Shown: positions 28,209 through 38,517 of the stretch, one piece after another | Position numbering within the stretch: the first letter of the stretch is position 1 | Layout: the number at the start of each line of letters is the position of its first letter | Origin: Parcubacteria bacterium C7867-004 | Lineage (GTDB): Bacteria; Patescibacteriota; Minisyncoccia; Phycocordibacterales; Phycocordibacteraceae | Assembly: GCA_001189075.1 (NCBI GenBank) | Contig: LFCN01000006.1 | Span: forward strand, 386,041 to 450,040 | Length of the DNA stretch: 64,000 nucleotides | Direction of reading: 5' to 3' | The notes under the pieces: generated by a model | Database searches by the model: none | Told to the model about the DNA's origin: nothing | Seen by the model: the letters and a program-made list of their open reading frames with translations, nothing else | Translations under genes and position numbers: made by a program

Positions 28209-30443
28209 ATGGAAAAATCCTTTAATCCAGAAGAAGTTAAGGATGCGCTACTTCGCGTATGGGAAGAGAGCGGATACGCTACTCCCCGCATCAATCAAAA
28301 CAGTAGACGGTATTCGATGTTCTTGGTTCCGCCGAATGCGAGCGGTCCTCTGCATGTGGGTAACGCGCTCATGATCGCAATCCAAGACATCTTGGCTCGG
28401 TATCATCGCGCTAAGGGTGATGCGACGCTTTGGATTCCTGGTACTGATCATGGCGGATATGAGACGCAGGTAACCTTCGAGCGTGAACTAGAAGCTGCGG
28501 GCAGGAGCAAGGATGAATTCACCCGGACAGAGTTCGTGGATGCCGTAGAGGATTTTGTCGCTAAGAACAATGAGACGATAGTTCGGCAGGTAAAAGCGAT
28601 GGGAGCCAGCGTCGATTGGTCCCGTTTCCGCTACACGCTCGATAAGGATTCGCTGCGGTTCGTCGACCGCATGTTCAGGAAGATGATTGCGGACAAGCTT
28701 ATTTACCGTAGCTCATACATGGTGAATTACTGTTCCGAGTGCACGACGATGCTCGCGGATATAGAGCTTAAGGAGGTGCCGAGCAATTCGCCATTATACG
28801 TAGTGAAGTTTCCCTTCAGGGAGGCTGACGGGTATCTCCCGCTCGCAACGACCCGTCCAGAGTTTCTGTTTGCAGTTACGCATATACTCGTGCATCCCCG
28901 TGACGAACGGTACGCAGAACATATCGGTTCAACGCTCCTTAATCCCGTTACGGGAGAAGAAGTACTGGTGATTGAAAGTAAACGGAAGCATGACCCCGAT
29001 TCTCTGGAGTCACCGCTCTTTGTATTCTCACCGTCAAGCAGGAAATATGATTTTGAGTACGCGATACGTAATGGGCTCCCGGTACGCAATCTGCTTGATT
29101 GGAAGGGATTGCTGATTGAGCGTAACCCGGGCATGACGCCGGAAGAAGCCCGTTCGGTTACAGTCGACTTCTGTACGAAGGAAGGCTTATTGGAGCGGGT
29201 CGACGAAGCATTCGAAGGAACGAAATCCATCTGCAAGAAAGGCCATCCGGTTGAAAGCGTGATTCGCATGACCTGGTTCATGCGCCTTGATGACGAGCAG
29301 GTGCCGTTGCGAAAACCAGCACTCGAGATGCTTGAACGTGAACGTCTCGTTGTTCAACCGCACTGGAGGAAGAAAGGCCTCGCGGATTGGATAGGAAAGA
29401 TGCACGATTGGCCTATCGCGCGCCAGAACGCGTGGGGCATTCGGATCCCCATCTGGTATGAGGTTACCGATCCGTCCTTGTTCACGGTGTGGTATCGAGA
29501 TTCGGAAAGGGTACTGCGGCACGGCAATCTCAAGGCTCTTCTGGAAGAAGGGATATTGTTCGAGGAGGTGGTACAGGGTTTGGAACGAGTGTACGTCGCC
29601 GAGCGCTGTAACTGGACGCTCGAGCCTGCGGCTGGAAAAAAGTATCTTCCCGAGACCGATACGTTCGATACCTGGTTCTCGTCAGGGGCCTGGAGCGCAA
29701 TGGTGTTCGAGAATAGTGCCTCATCTGAAACCTCTCACGCGTATCCGTCCGATGTCCTGGTTATCGGGCATGATCTCCTGCGGCTCTCGATTTCGCGGGA
29801 GATTATCCTCGGGGTGTATATGACCGGAAGACTCCCGTTCAGAAGAGTCTATTTCCATCAACTCCTTAAGAGCGCCGACGGGCAGAAGATGTCAAAGAGT
29901 CTCGGCAATGCGATTACCCTTGATACCTATCTAGAAAAGTTTGGTGCTGATGTCACGAGGATGGCTCTCGTCTCATATACCGGCCTCCAGGAAGACTTCG
30001 CTATTTCAGACGAACGTCTTGAGAGGTTCAAGTCCTTTTCCGATCGTCTCTGGAAGATCGGCAGGGCACTGGATGCCATAACTGCACATAATCCTCAGAT
30101 ATCAGTGTTTAGAGAATCGGCATCGCTCTCCGCAGACGATCAGGCACTTCTTTCAGGCCTGGAGGAAGTACGGGTATTGGCAGCTTCCTCGATTGAACGA
30201 TATGCGCTCGCTGACGCGCAAGAGAAAGCGGTCTCATTTCTCCCGCGTCTTGAAGAGTTTGTTCTCGGGATCTTATCCAGGAACGATCCCGAGGGCGGAG
30301 CGGCAATCTTTTCGAAGGTATTGCGAAGCTATCTCATGATCCTGCATCCGTTCATGCCGTTTGAGACTGAAGAGCTGTCACGGACGCTATATCCTTCAGA
30401 CGGACTACTAGCATCATTCGGATCGAACACCCGCCTTCATTAA
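28209..30443 (+). CDS. valS: Valyl-tRNA synthetase-like class Ia synthetase, divergent
   Basis: PPNASGPLHVGN, PGTDHGG..TQ, ASVDWSR, ATTRPE, DTWFSS, KMSKSLGN, GADVTR, LHPFMPF. Confidence 0.8.
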   Translation: MEKSFNPEEVKDALLRVWEESGYATPRINQNSRRYSMFLVPPNASGPLHVGNALMIAIQDILARYHRAKGDATLWIPGTDHGGYETQVTFERELEAAGRSKDEFTRTEFVDAVEDFVAKNNETIVRQVKAMGASVDWSRFRYTLDKDSLRFVDRMFRKMIADKLIYRSSYMVNYCSECTTMLADIELKEVPSNSPLYVVKFPFREADGYLPLATTRPEFLFAVTHILVHPRDERYAEHIGSTLLNPVTGEEVLVIESKRKHDPDSLESPLFVFSPSSRKYDFEYAIRNGLPVRNLLDWKGLLIERNPGMTPEEARSVTVDFCTKEGLLERVDEAFEGTKSICKKGHPVESVIRMTWFMRLDDEQVPLRKPALEMLERERLVVQPHWRKKGLADWIGKMHDWPIARQNAWGIRIPIWYEVTDPSLFTVWYRDSERVLRHGNLKALLEEGILFEEVVQGLERVYVAERCNWTLEPAAGKKYLPETDTFDTWFSSGAWSAMVFENSASSETSHAYPSDVLVIGHDLLRLSISREIILGVYMTGRLPFRRVYFHQLLKSADGQKMSKSLGNAITLDTYLEKFGADVTRMALVSYTGLQEDFAISDERLERFKSFSDRLWKIGRALDAITAHNPQISVFRESASLSADDQALLSGLEEVRVLAASSIERYALADAQEKAVSFLPRLEEFVLGILSRNDPEGGAAIFSKVLRSYLMILHPFMPFETEELSRTLYPSDGLLASFGSNTRLH

Positions 30444-30498
30444 GCCTTAATCAAAAGGTAGTATGCTGATCTTCATACTCGCGTAGCATCCAATCCTC

Positions 30499-30831
30499 AT
30501 GACCATCGTTCACTGGCTTATAACCGCAGTCGCTATCGGCATTGCTGCCTACCTTATTCCAGGTATCGAGGTGACCCTTGTTGGTGCGCTCGTACTTGCG
30601 GTGGTGCTTGGTATCATCAACGCCTTCATCAAGCCGGTCATCGGACTGCTCACGCTCCCTATTAACATCCTCACGCTTGGGCTCTTCTCGCTCGTGGTGA
30701 ACGCGCTCCTCATCATGCTTGCAGGAATGATCGTCCCGGGATTCGTCGTGGCGGGATTCTGGCCGGCATTCTTCTTCGCGATCGTCGTCGCTCTTGTCTC
30801 AGCGCTCTTCGGCTCGGTCGTGAAGAACTAA
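30499..30831 (+). CDS. YvlD-like 4-TM membrane protein (phage holin family 4_2-like)
   Basis: INAFIKP...LTLPINILTLGLF..VVNA. Confidence 0.85.
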   Translation: MTIVHWLITAVAIGIAAYLIPGIEVTLVGALVLAVVLGIINAFIKPVIGLLTLPINILTLGLFSLVVNALLIMLAGMIVPGFVVAGFWPAFFFAIVVALVSALFGSVVKN

Positions 30832-30850
30832 GCTTCCTAAAGTAAAAAAG

Positions 30851-30884
30851 AAAGGCCCGAGCGCGAGGTGCGTTCGGGTCTTTT
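30851..30884. terminator. Bidirectional terminator between convergent genes
   Basis: AAAGGCCCGAGCGC-GAGGT-GCGTTCGGGTCTTTT with A-tract upstream. Confidence 0.8.
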
Positions 30885-30906
30885 ACGTTGCGAGTTCGCT
30901 GTTCAC

Positions 30907-31440
30907 CTAGAAGCCGGGATGACTCCTGCTGCCAAGCGAAAGGACGATGCTGGCAGCGCGCCACGGTGGCTGTTCGTCCAGGACGTGTGCATCGAACTCG
31001 ATCCGTTCGTCTTCCGGATCGAAGGTGATGGTTCCAGCTGCGTGAACCGCGCAGCTCGGATAGAAGATCACGTCCACGACGAGTCCGGTTGGACGGACCC
31101 GCTCAGGTTCCTGCACGAAGCGTGCAGTCTCTGAAAGGTCGAGACCATAGGGCGTCGGGAGCACCGCCAGGATCGTCAGATCGTCGCCGGGAATGGTCAG
31201 CTCGTGGCCGTGCACGAGAGCATTCCACTCGGTGATTGCCGCCGGAGAGTGTTGCAGAATGAGAGAGCGGAAATCCGCCGTCACCTTGATTAGCGGGCCG
31301 TCCTTGAAGAATTCCGCGGGGCGGAAGATCTCCTTGCGTGCGGGAAGCTCGAATCTGGTCGCGGGTTCCATTTTGTCGAAAACCGGAGGACCCGTCTCGG
31401 ACCCCCTACGCCACGCGGTATGGCCTACGGTGTCAGTCAT
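30907..31440 (-). CDS. Hypothetical protein
   Basis: 177-aa ORF with SD AAGGAG, ending at the bidirectional terminator. Confidence 0.6.
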   Translation of the reverse strand: MTDTVGHTAWRRGSETGPPVFDKMEPATRFELPARKEIFRPAEFFKDGPLIKVTADFRSLILQHSPAAITEWNALVHGHELTIPGDDLTILAVLPTPYGLDLSETARFVQEPERVRPTGLVVDVIFYPSCAVHAAGTITFDPEDERIEFDAHVLDEQPPWRAASIVLSLGSRSHPGF

Positions 31441-31672
31441 GACATACTCCTTGCTTACAATGCTGTACGAAGGGGATTAAGCCCCAGCAGACAGCGTGCG
31501 AATGTGCACTCGCTCGCTGCTAGGGCCAACTACTATAAAAAGAACTAGAGGCGCACTATCGCGCCGTATTGTGTGTAAGTCAAGTCACCTTAGAAAAAGT
31601 GGACGCAGAAATTTTAGATCTTTTGTTCGCAACTCGGCATATTTAAACATTCATACCGTATACTTGTCTGTA

Positions 31673-34414
31673 ATGGCACTGGAAGTTCCCGCACGGCCGA
31701 TTGCTTCGCCTGCAGACGAGCTGGCATACCTGCGTGCGCAGGTAGCGATGAAGGAGGCGGAATTGCTTACGCTCAAGCAAGAACGTCCGCGCGAGGAGAT
31801 CGCCCATGAGCGCATCCTCCATCACCGCATGAGCGCGAACGAGGAAGTGCTCGCTCCGGCGTATCGCATGACCGACGCGGAAGCCGCCAACCACTCGCTT
31901 ACGCTCGACCTTGATCCTGAACAGAACGACGAGACCATCGCGGAACTGCGGGGTGTTATGGAGGAGAAGGGTGTGCATAATGCCTTCACCATCCTCGAGA
32001 AGCTGAATAATCCGCACCTTGAGGACGATTTCCATCGTTTCCTCGTGCAGTACTTGGTAGCCGGCATGCAGCCGAAGGGTCTGGGAGAGAATCAGCCCGA
32101 ATGGAAGGCGCTGCATATGACGCTCTATGAGATCTCGCTTCCGGAGATGAGCGGAGAGAGTAAGGACGGAAGGGTAAAGACACTCAAGGAGCTGGTTTCC
32201 TCTATGGAACAGTTCTATTCGGGAATGCTCGCGGTTGAGAACGCGGGCCGTGGAGAGCCGCCCTATATGACGCTTGAGCTTGCAGTGCCGGTTGATAAGC
32301 CGCATCTCATGTTCTATGCGGCGATCCCAAATACGCGTCGCGACCTCTTCGAGAAACAGCTCCTCGCTATCTTCCCGAACGCGAGCGTTATCGCGCAGCC
32401 CAACGATTACAACGTGTTCGTGGAGAATGGATTCTCTCATGCGAGCGTCGCGTCCTTTAAGGATAAGGCGATGCTTCCGCTCAAGGACTACCAGGACTTC
32501 GATTACGATCCCCTCAATTCCCTCCTGAACGCCTTTGCGAAAGTAGCTCCCGAGGACGAGGGCGTCTCGCTCCAGATAGTCTTCAAGCCGCAGACGGATC
32601 ACTACGTCCATTACTATCGCCGGGTCCTCCACGCACTGCGCCAGGGAGAGCATCGTTCGCGTGCGTTCACGCTCCCGGAGACGTTCGTAGGGGATCTGGC
32701 TCGTGAAGCGTTCGGCCTCATCGCGACTTCCAAGAAACAGAGCGCGAACGAGCCAGTGGATCAGAAGGCGATAGAGATGGTTGAGAAGAAGATACAGGCG
32801 CCGGTAGTCTCGACGAATATCCGTCTCGTAGTATCGACGCCGGTGGAGTCCCGAACGCAACAGATCCTTTCGGAGCTCGAGTCTTCGTTCAACCAGTTCG
32901 AGCACACCACGGGCAATCGTCTGGAATTCCTCCGGCCCAATCGTGCCGGAATGAAGCAACTCCTCCGTGATTTCTCGTTCCGTCTCTTCAGGCAGGCGAC
33001 TAATCTCCCGCTCTCACTGCGCGAGCTTACGACGATGTATCACTTCCCACCGAACGGCATCGAGTCCGCGCCGAACCTGAAGCAGTCCCGCTTCGCAGCC
33101 GCTGCAGCCCCTGCCGATCTACCGCACGAGGGAACAAGTATCGGAACCAATACCTTCCGTGGACAGACTACCGAGGTACGCATCGCTCCCGAAGACCGTC
33201 TTCGACATCTCTACGCAATCGGTCAGACGGGGGCCGGAAAGACCGGCTTCCTGAAGACCCTCATCGAGCAGGACATCAAGGCTGGGAACGGTGTCTGTTT
33301 CATCGATCCGCACGGCAACGACATCCTCGATGTGCTCGCTATGATCCCGCCTGAGCGGTATGAGGATGTGATCTACTTCGACCCGGCTAATATTGACCGA
33401 CCGTTCGGGCTCAACATGCTTGAGTACGATCCAAATCGTCCAGAGCAGAAAACGTTCATCGTTAACGAGATGCTCGCCATCTTCCGTCAGCTGTACGGCG
33501 ACGTGCCGGAGTCGATGGGCCCGGCCTTCGAGCAGTATTTCCGTAACGCAACACAGCTGGTTATGGAAGATCCATCCTCAGGCTCAACGCTTATGGATAT
33601 CGGCCGCGTTCTTTCGAATAAGCCGTTCCGGGATCTCAAGTTGTCGCGCAGTAACAACCCGATCATAAATCAGTTCTGGAACGAGATCGCGACCCAAGCG
33701 GAAGGCGAGGCGAGCCTGCAGAACATCGTCCCGTATATCACGAACAAGTTCGATGAGTTCACCGGAAGCGACTTTATGCGTCCTATAATCGGCCAGCAAG
33801 AAAGCTCCTTCAAGTTCCGCGAGGTTATCGACACCAAGAAGATCCTGCTCGTTAATCTCTCGAAAGGAAGGCTCGGCGAGCGCAACGCGAACCTGCTCGG
33901 ACTCATTATCGTGGGCAAGCTCTTCATGGCGGCGCTCTCCAGAGTTGATGATCCGCGCGGCAACTTCCCGCCGTTCTATCTCTATATCGACGAGTTCCAG
34001 AACATCACCACCAATTCCATCCCGGGCATCCTCTCAGAAGCCCGCAAGTACAAGCTTTCGCTCACTATCGCGCACCAGTACTTGGCACAGATCGATGAGA
34101 AGATCCGTGATGCGGTCTTCGGCAACGTCGGCTCGATGGCGGTGTTCCGCGTCGGCCAGGAAGACGGGGAATTCTTTGGAAAGCTCTTCGCGCCATCATT
34201 CGCAGCGAGCGACTTCATCAACATCGAGAATCGCAACGCGTATGTCCGCATCCTAGCCCGTGGCGTTCCGCAGAAGCCGTTCAACATAAAGACGCTCGAT
34301 CTGGCACCCGGGAATCTCGGCCAGGTAGATGACTTGCGCGAGCTTTCGTATCTCACGTACGGACGGGACCGTGCTACAGTTGAAGCATCGATACGGGCAC
34401 GCTATCTCTCATAA
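31673..34414 (+). CDS. TraD/VirD4 coupling-protein-like (HerA/FtsK superfamily) ATPase
   Basis: DRLRHLYAIGQTGAGKT Walker A, FIDPHG, LYIDEFQN Walker B, SEARKY, AHQ, FGNVG. Confidence 0.88.
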   Translation: MALEVPARPIASPADELAYLRAQVAMKEAELLTLKQERPREEIAHERILHHRMSANEEVLAPAYRMTDAEAANHSLTLDLDPEQNDETIAELRGVMEEKGVHNAFTILEKLNNPHLEDDFHRFLVQYLVAGMQPKGLGENQPEWKALHMTLYEISLPEMSGESKDGRVKTLKELVSSMEQFYSGMLAVENAGRGEPPYMTLELAVPVDKPHLMFYAAIPNTRRDLFEKQLLAIFPNASVIAQPNDYNVFVENGFSHASVASFKDKAMLPLKDYQDFDYDPLNSLLNAFAKVAPEDEGVSLQIVFKPQTDHYVHYYRRVLHALRQGEHRSRAFTLPETFVGDLAREAFGLIATSKKQSANEPVDQKAIEMVEKKIQAPVVSTNIRLVVSTPVESRTQQILSELESSFNQFEHTTGNRLEFLRPNRAGMKQLLRDFSFRLFRQATNLPLSLRELTTMYHFPPNGIESAPNLKQSRFAAAAAPADLPHEGTSIGTNTFRGQTTEVRIAPEDRLRHLYAIGQTGAGKTGFLKTLIEQDIKAGNGVCFIDPHGNDILDVLAMIPPERYEDVIYFDPANIDRPFGLNMLEYDPNRPEQKTFIVNEMLAIFRQLYGDVPESMGPAFEQYFRNATQLVMEDPSSGSTLMDIGRVLSNKPFRDLKLSRSNNPIINQFWNEIATQAEGEASLQNIVPYITNKFDEFTGSDFMRPIIGQQESSFKFREVIDTKKILLVNLSKGRLGERNANLLGLIIVGKLFMAALSRVDDPRGNFPPFYLYIDEFQNITTNSIPGILSEARKYKLSLTIAHQYLAQIDEKIRDAVFGNVGSMAVFRVGQEDGEFFGKLFAPSFAASDFINIENRNAYVRILARGVPQKPFNIKTLDLAPGNLGQVDDLRELSYLTYGRDRATVEASIRARYLS

Positions 34415-34420
34415 TTATCT

Positions 34421-37400
34421 ATGGCACGAGGCAAAGGACCGGGAGGAGGATTGAATAGAGGACCATCGGCGCGTGCAGGCGGCGGAGGCAAAGGCGGTGG
34501 GGAGCGACCGCATGATTTGTCAGAGGGTCAGCGGACGGCGCTCAATGAGTGTGTACGAGCACATGAGTCTATCGAAAAACAATTCGAATCTGCAAAAATA
34601 AGAGTGATGCAACTTGGCGCAGAGGCGAAGATGCGAACTAAATCGATAGATGTCTCTTTAGCACTCTTAAAACTTAAGAGTGCGCTTAATGAATTTAGTT
34701 TCAATACCGGTACTAATCGAAACCAGCTACTGAAGGAGCTTCAGTCAATGGCTGAGGCTGCTGATGCAGCTATGACCGCCTTCAGTACCGCAATCGAAGC
34801 GGCAATAAGAGATGCGGCGCTTGGAGAAGAGGTAGGGAAAACGGGTGCCGATTCCGAAAAAGGATCAGAAGCAGCTCGGGAACAGATGGATGCAAGAAGA
34901 AGTTTGCTTGATCAGAGATTTACCGATGCGATCCATCGTTATAATAAAACTCTCGATAGATCGAGCGGTGTTACTACGAGACCCGTCTTCTTGGCTGAGT
35001 GTGAGGTTGTCGATGCCGAGATTAGGGCACTCACCCCGGCATTCACAGAATTTCTGCGCGGAGAGCACTGGAATGATTTGGCGCGTGAAGATGAGCTTCT
35101 TGCTGAAGCTGAAAGGAGACTTGCTGAGTACGACGCAGTAGTGGCGCGCAGCGAATCAGCGACGGAGGCGATGCTCCGCCGGACTGCTCTTGAGAATGAG
35201 AGTAAAGAGAAGAGGGCTGAAATTGACGCAGTACCAACCGAGCTGAAGTCATCCAGGCCTTTGCTAAAAGCATTTTTCAGCTTTTCGAACCTCCGGAGTG
35301 CCGCCGGCATGCTCAGTCTGGATGCTTCCAATAAGGAGCTGACCCCTGAGGCAAAGATTGGTCTGGCCTCTCAGCTCGAAGCTGCGTATCAAGCGGAAAT
35401 CGATGCTGCCAAAGAATTCCTTGCCGCTCTCTCAAGTGTGCCCGAAGAAGCAACGGCAGAGATGAGTCCAGAGGAAGCCGGCTGGAGAGCGCTGCTCCAG
35501 AAGCTCGAGTCAGACGGTTCGGTCAGCCTGAATCCGAAAGCCAAGCAGGAGCTTCAGGCCATCGCTAACGCACGCCTTGCAGAGCTCAAGAGCATGCCCG
35601 GTCTTTCCGCTAAGGACCGTAAGCAAGCAGAGGCAGTGCTTCGCCAGATCATCGCCGAGACGAAGAAGCCCGGGCTCGTTAAGGCAGGGCTCATCGCGCG
35701 CAGGATCAATCAGCTTCTGGCGCTCATCTATCCTGCTGCTGTCGCAGAGGAGCCTCCGGCAGCTGAAGCTGCGCCTCCGGAGGAGCCTCTTACGCTCGAG
35801 GCGCTCCAAGATCCACCTACTCCGCCAGATTCGGGTGTCGACAACACGCCGCTCGAGAACAGGGAGGCTCTGCGCAAGTCGCTCAAGGATTCGTTCGATG
35901 ACCTTGCGAAAAGCACCGGCGTCGAAGCTGCACGCACTGATATGCAAGCAAAGGAAGCTGCGTACCTAGCGGCATACAAGGCGCTCGAGAAAGAGCGCGG
36001 ACTCAAAGGTGGAATGTCGCGTCTTTTTTCCAAAAAGGCCAAGGAAGCATTCGCGCAACAAGAAGCCGATCTCGTACGCTTGAAGCAAGAATTCGACGAA
36101 TCTCGTGCTGCGTATTCTGCTGCACTTGAAGGTGCGCATACTATAAGCGACGACGACGCGCGCGCAGCTCATGCCCAGCGGATGGAAGAACGCTTCGCGC
36201 GGCTCAAGAAGAGCGGAGCGCTTCCGAAGGGCTCTGGTGGCAAGCCGGTCACGCTCGCTGAATACCTCGAACGTAACAAATTCGAGAAGTTTGCCGAGAA
36301 ACACGGAAAGGTCGAGAACTACCTGCGCTTCCGCGAGATCGTCCGCCCGCTTGCAGAGAAGAAGCTTCAGGCACGCTACGAAGCGCTTGATGAACGTCGG
36401 TTCCTTGCGCTCAATAAGGCCTTCGCGTGGGTAGCAATGAAGAACCAGGAATTCGAGAAGCATGTCGGTGGAAAGAACATGGCTCGTCTCATCCGCATTG
36501 TAGTTAGCGCCACGGTTATAACCGGCGGCGCAGCAGCATTCGGAGGCCTTGCTGGCGCCGGTATGGGAGCTATCCTCGGAGCTGGAGCGTTCCGGATGGG
36601 AAGGGCTGGGCTCGGTCTGATCGCGGGTGCCATCGCCGGCGAAGGTACGGGCCTCGCGTTCGAAGGGCTTTATCGCGGAGGTCAGAAAAAAGCAGGAAAA
36701 GATCTTCGCAAGGCTGGAGCGGAACTCGAGAGGCTGGTATTTGAAGACTTCGCTCGTATCGATAAGGAGCGCGGGAAGTTGGCGCTCAAGGCTGATGAAG
36801 TGAGATTCCTCAAGCAGAAGGCCGTCTGGCGGGCCACCGCCGCGGTTCTCGTCGGAGCCGGCACATCCTTCGCGTTCTCGGAGCTCGCCTCAGCTGCTTC
36901 CGTCGAAGCAGGAATCTCGGATGCGGCAAAAGCGCCAGGTTCAGTTCCGGGGAACGTTCCATCGGGTCCCGGTGCAGACGCTCCTGCAGCAGAGGCTGCT
37001 GGTTCAGGTAATCCAAGCACTCCCAATGCGGCGCCATCCGCTCCGGCCGCAAGCCCTGAGGCCGGACCGCAGGGGTCGTCCGCCGGAGGCCCTAACGCTT
37101 CTTCATCCGAATCTGGAGCTGCGAGTACCGCAGGCACTCCAGGAGGCGCACCAAGCACGCCGGGAGAGACACTCAAGAGCGTTTCCATAGACAAGAAGGG
37201 CGAAGGCATGGCGCAGATGTTTGTTGACCTGCGCGAATCCCTCAAGGCTGATCCGTCCCTTAAAGTATCTCCTCAGCTTACGGAGCTTCTCAGCAAGAAT
37301 CCGAACGCGCTCACGCATGAACTCGGCGCTGCCGCGGACGGTAAGAGTATAACCATGCAGCCGGGCGACCAGCTGATAGTCGACAAGGACCAGAATATTC

Positions 37401-38203
37401 TGCTCAAGCAGGGTACTGGCGAGCCGAAGCTTCTGTATAAGCACGAAGCTGATGGTGGATACAAAGCGGACACTGAAGCGCTCAAGGATGCGCACAAGCA
37501 GCCCGACGGCCCGGTTCGTCCGAAGGTCGAGGTCGGGAACACTCCTACTTCAGCTCCGGAGGATATGGTGAAGTTCACACCGAAGGAAGAACTTCCAGCT
37601 GACGGCGACTACATGAAAGAGAATCTGAACACGAAGCTGCCGTACGAATATCACACGTCGGAAAACGCGCCTACGACAGCCGAGATCGCACCTCCTGAGG
37701 TTTCTCCTGAAGAAGCTGCCGCAATCGACGCCGGAGCTATAGGACCTGCTCCTGAACCCGCGGCGCCTGCAGCGGCTCCTGCCCCAGAAGCTCCACGTCC
37801 TTCTGCGCCAACTCCGTCGGAGTCAGTACCTGAAGCAACTGCAGACAGGCCTCAAGCGGAAGCAGCGCCTGAAGTGTTTACGAACAAGCATGGTATCGCT
37901 ATTGATCCCGCTACGCCGACCGTTTTCGTTGATGATACGGGGAGGCAGGTGGCGCACGGAGGAACATTCGATGATCGTTTCAACACCGCGAAGAAGTATG
38001 CGCTCGCACATCCTGGCCCGATGGTCCTATTTGATGCGTCGTACACTGATCAGCTAACCGGGCAAAGAATCGCTGCGGTAGGCGGCATATCATCGACGCC
38101 AGACGGAAAGCTACAGATCGCTCCTGGAAGCCTTACCGGACCAGACGGTAAGCCGCTGCCAATTCCAAACACTGACACCTTTATCCGTAAGCTGAATTCC
38201 TAA
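34421..38203 (+). CDS. 1260-aa hypothetical protein with glycine-zipper hydrophobic segments
   Basis: Helical N-half; GxxxG-rich segment ~36480-36670; Pro/Ala/Ser linkers; C-terminal globular domains. Confidence 0.8.
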   Translation: MARGKGPGGGLNRGPSARAGGGGKGGGERPHDLSEGQRTALNECVRAHESIEKQFESAKIRVMQLGAEAKMRTKSIDVSLALLKLKSALNEFSFNTGTNRNQLLKELQSMAEAADAAMTAFSTAIEAAIRDAALGEEVGKTGADSEKGSEAAREQMDARRSLLDQRFTDAIHRYNKTLDRSSGVTTRPVFLAECEVVDAEIRALTPAFTEFLRGEHWNDLAREDELLAEAERRLAEYDAVVARSESATEAMLRRTALENESKEKRAEIDAVPTELKSSRPLLKAFFSFSNLRSAAGMLSLDASNKELTPEAKIGLASQLEAAYQAEIDAAKEFLAALSSVPEEATAEMSPEEAGWRALLQKLESDGSVSLNPKAKQELQAIANARLAELKSMPGLSAKDRKQAEAVLRQIIAETKKPGLVKAGLIARRINQLLALIYPAAVAEEPPAAEAAPPEEPLTLEALQDPPTPPDSGVDNTPLENREALRKSLKDSFDDLAKSTGVEAARTDMQAKEAAYLAAYKALEKERGLKGGMSRLFSKKAKEAFAQQEADLVRLKQEFDESRAAYSAALEGAHTISDDDARAAHAQRMEERFARLKKSGALPKGSGGKPVTLAEYLERNKFEKFAEKHGKVENYLRFREIVRPLAEKKLQARYEALDERRFLALNKAFAWVAMKNQEFEKHVGGKNMARLIRIVVSATVITGGAAAFGGLAGAGMGAILGAGAFRMGRAGLGLIAGAIAGEGTGLAFEGLYRGGQKKAGKDLRKAGAELERLVFEDFARIDKERGKLALKADEVRFLKQKAVWRATAAVLVGAGTSFAFSELASAASVEAGISDAAKAPGSVPGNVPSGPGADAPAAEAAGSGNPSTPNAAPSAPAASPEAGPQGSSAGGPNASSSESGAASTAGTPGGAPSTPGETLKSVSIDKKGEGMAQMFVDLRESLKADPSLKVSPQLTELLSKNPNALTHELGAAADGKSITMQPGDQLIVDKDQNILLKQGTGEPKLLYKHEADGGYKADTEALKDAHKQPDGPVRPKVEVGNTPTSAPEDMVKFTPKEELPADGDYMKENLNTKLPYEYHTSENAPTTAEIAPPEVSPEEAAAIDAGAIGPAPEPAAPAAAPAPEAPRPSAPTPSESVPEATADRPQAEAAPEVFTNKHGIAIDPATPTVFVDDTGRQVAHGGTFDDRFNTAKKYALAHPGPMVLFDASYTDQLTGQRIAAVGGISSTPDGKLQIAPGSLTGPDGKPLPIPNTDTFIRKLNS

Positions 38204-38206
38204 GGT

Positions 38207-38506
38207 ATGAACACCGAACTTCCAACAACCATCCTCGAAGCTCTGGATATTGCGGAACTTCCGGCAGAAGAGCGGGAGGAACTGCTCCTTGACCTGAGTT
38301 CGCTCATATCTCGCGGAACGCTCGTGCGCCTCATCGAGCAGATGGACGACACTACAAGTGAGGCTTTCTCAAAGCTGATGGACACGAATCCTGATGAGGA
38401 AGCGGTTGAAGCTTTTCTGCTTGAGCGCGTACCAAATGCTGATCAGGCAGCGAGGGATGCCCTCAAAGAGCTTACGGATGATATAGTAGCTGCTACCAAA
38501 GCTTAA
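38207..38506 (+). CDS. Small acidic helical protein (DUF5663-like)
   Basis: LEALDIAELPAEEREELL...EAFLLERVPN. Confidence 0.65.
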   Translation: MNTELPTTILEALDIAELPAEEREELLLDLSSLISRGTLVRLIEQMDDTTSEAFSKLMDTNPDEEAVEAFLLERVPNADQAARDALKELTDDIVAATKA

Positions 38507-38517
38507 CGAATACCGCT

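Noticed and set aside
30499-30831. Prophage inferred from holin-family protein
   Set aside because: YvlD-type proteins are common chromosomal genes; no phage structural genes or integrase nearby.
31643-32959. 438-aa minus-strand ORF (likewise 11548-12645, 61603-62634, 5413-6324, 47515-48429)
   Set aside because: Shadows of well-supported + strand genes; no recognisable motifs.
31673-34414. Conjugative element (ICE)
   Set aside because: No relaxase, VirB4/mating-pair genes, integrase or att sites seen.
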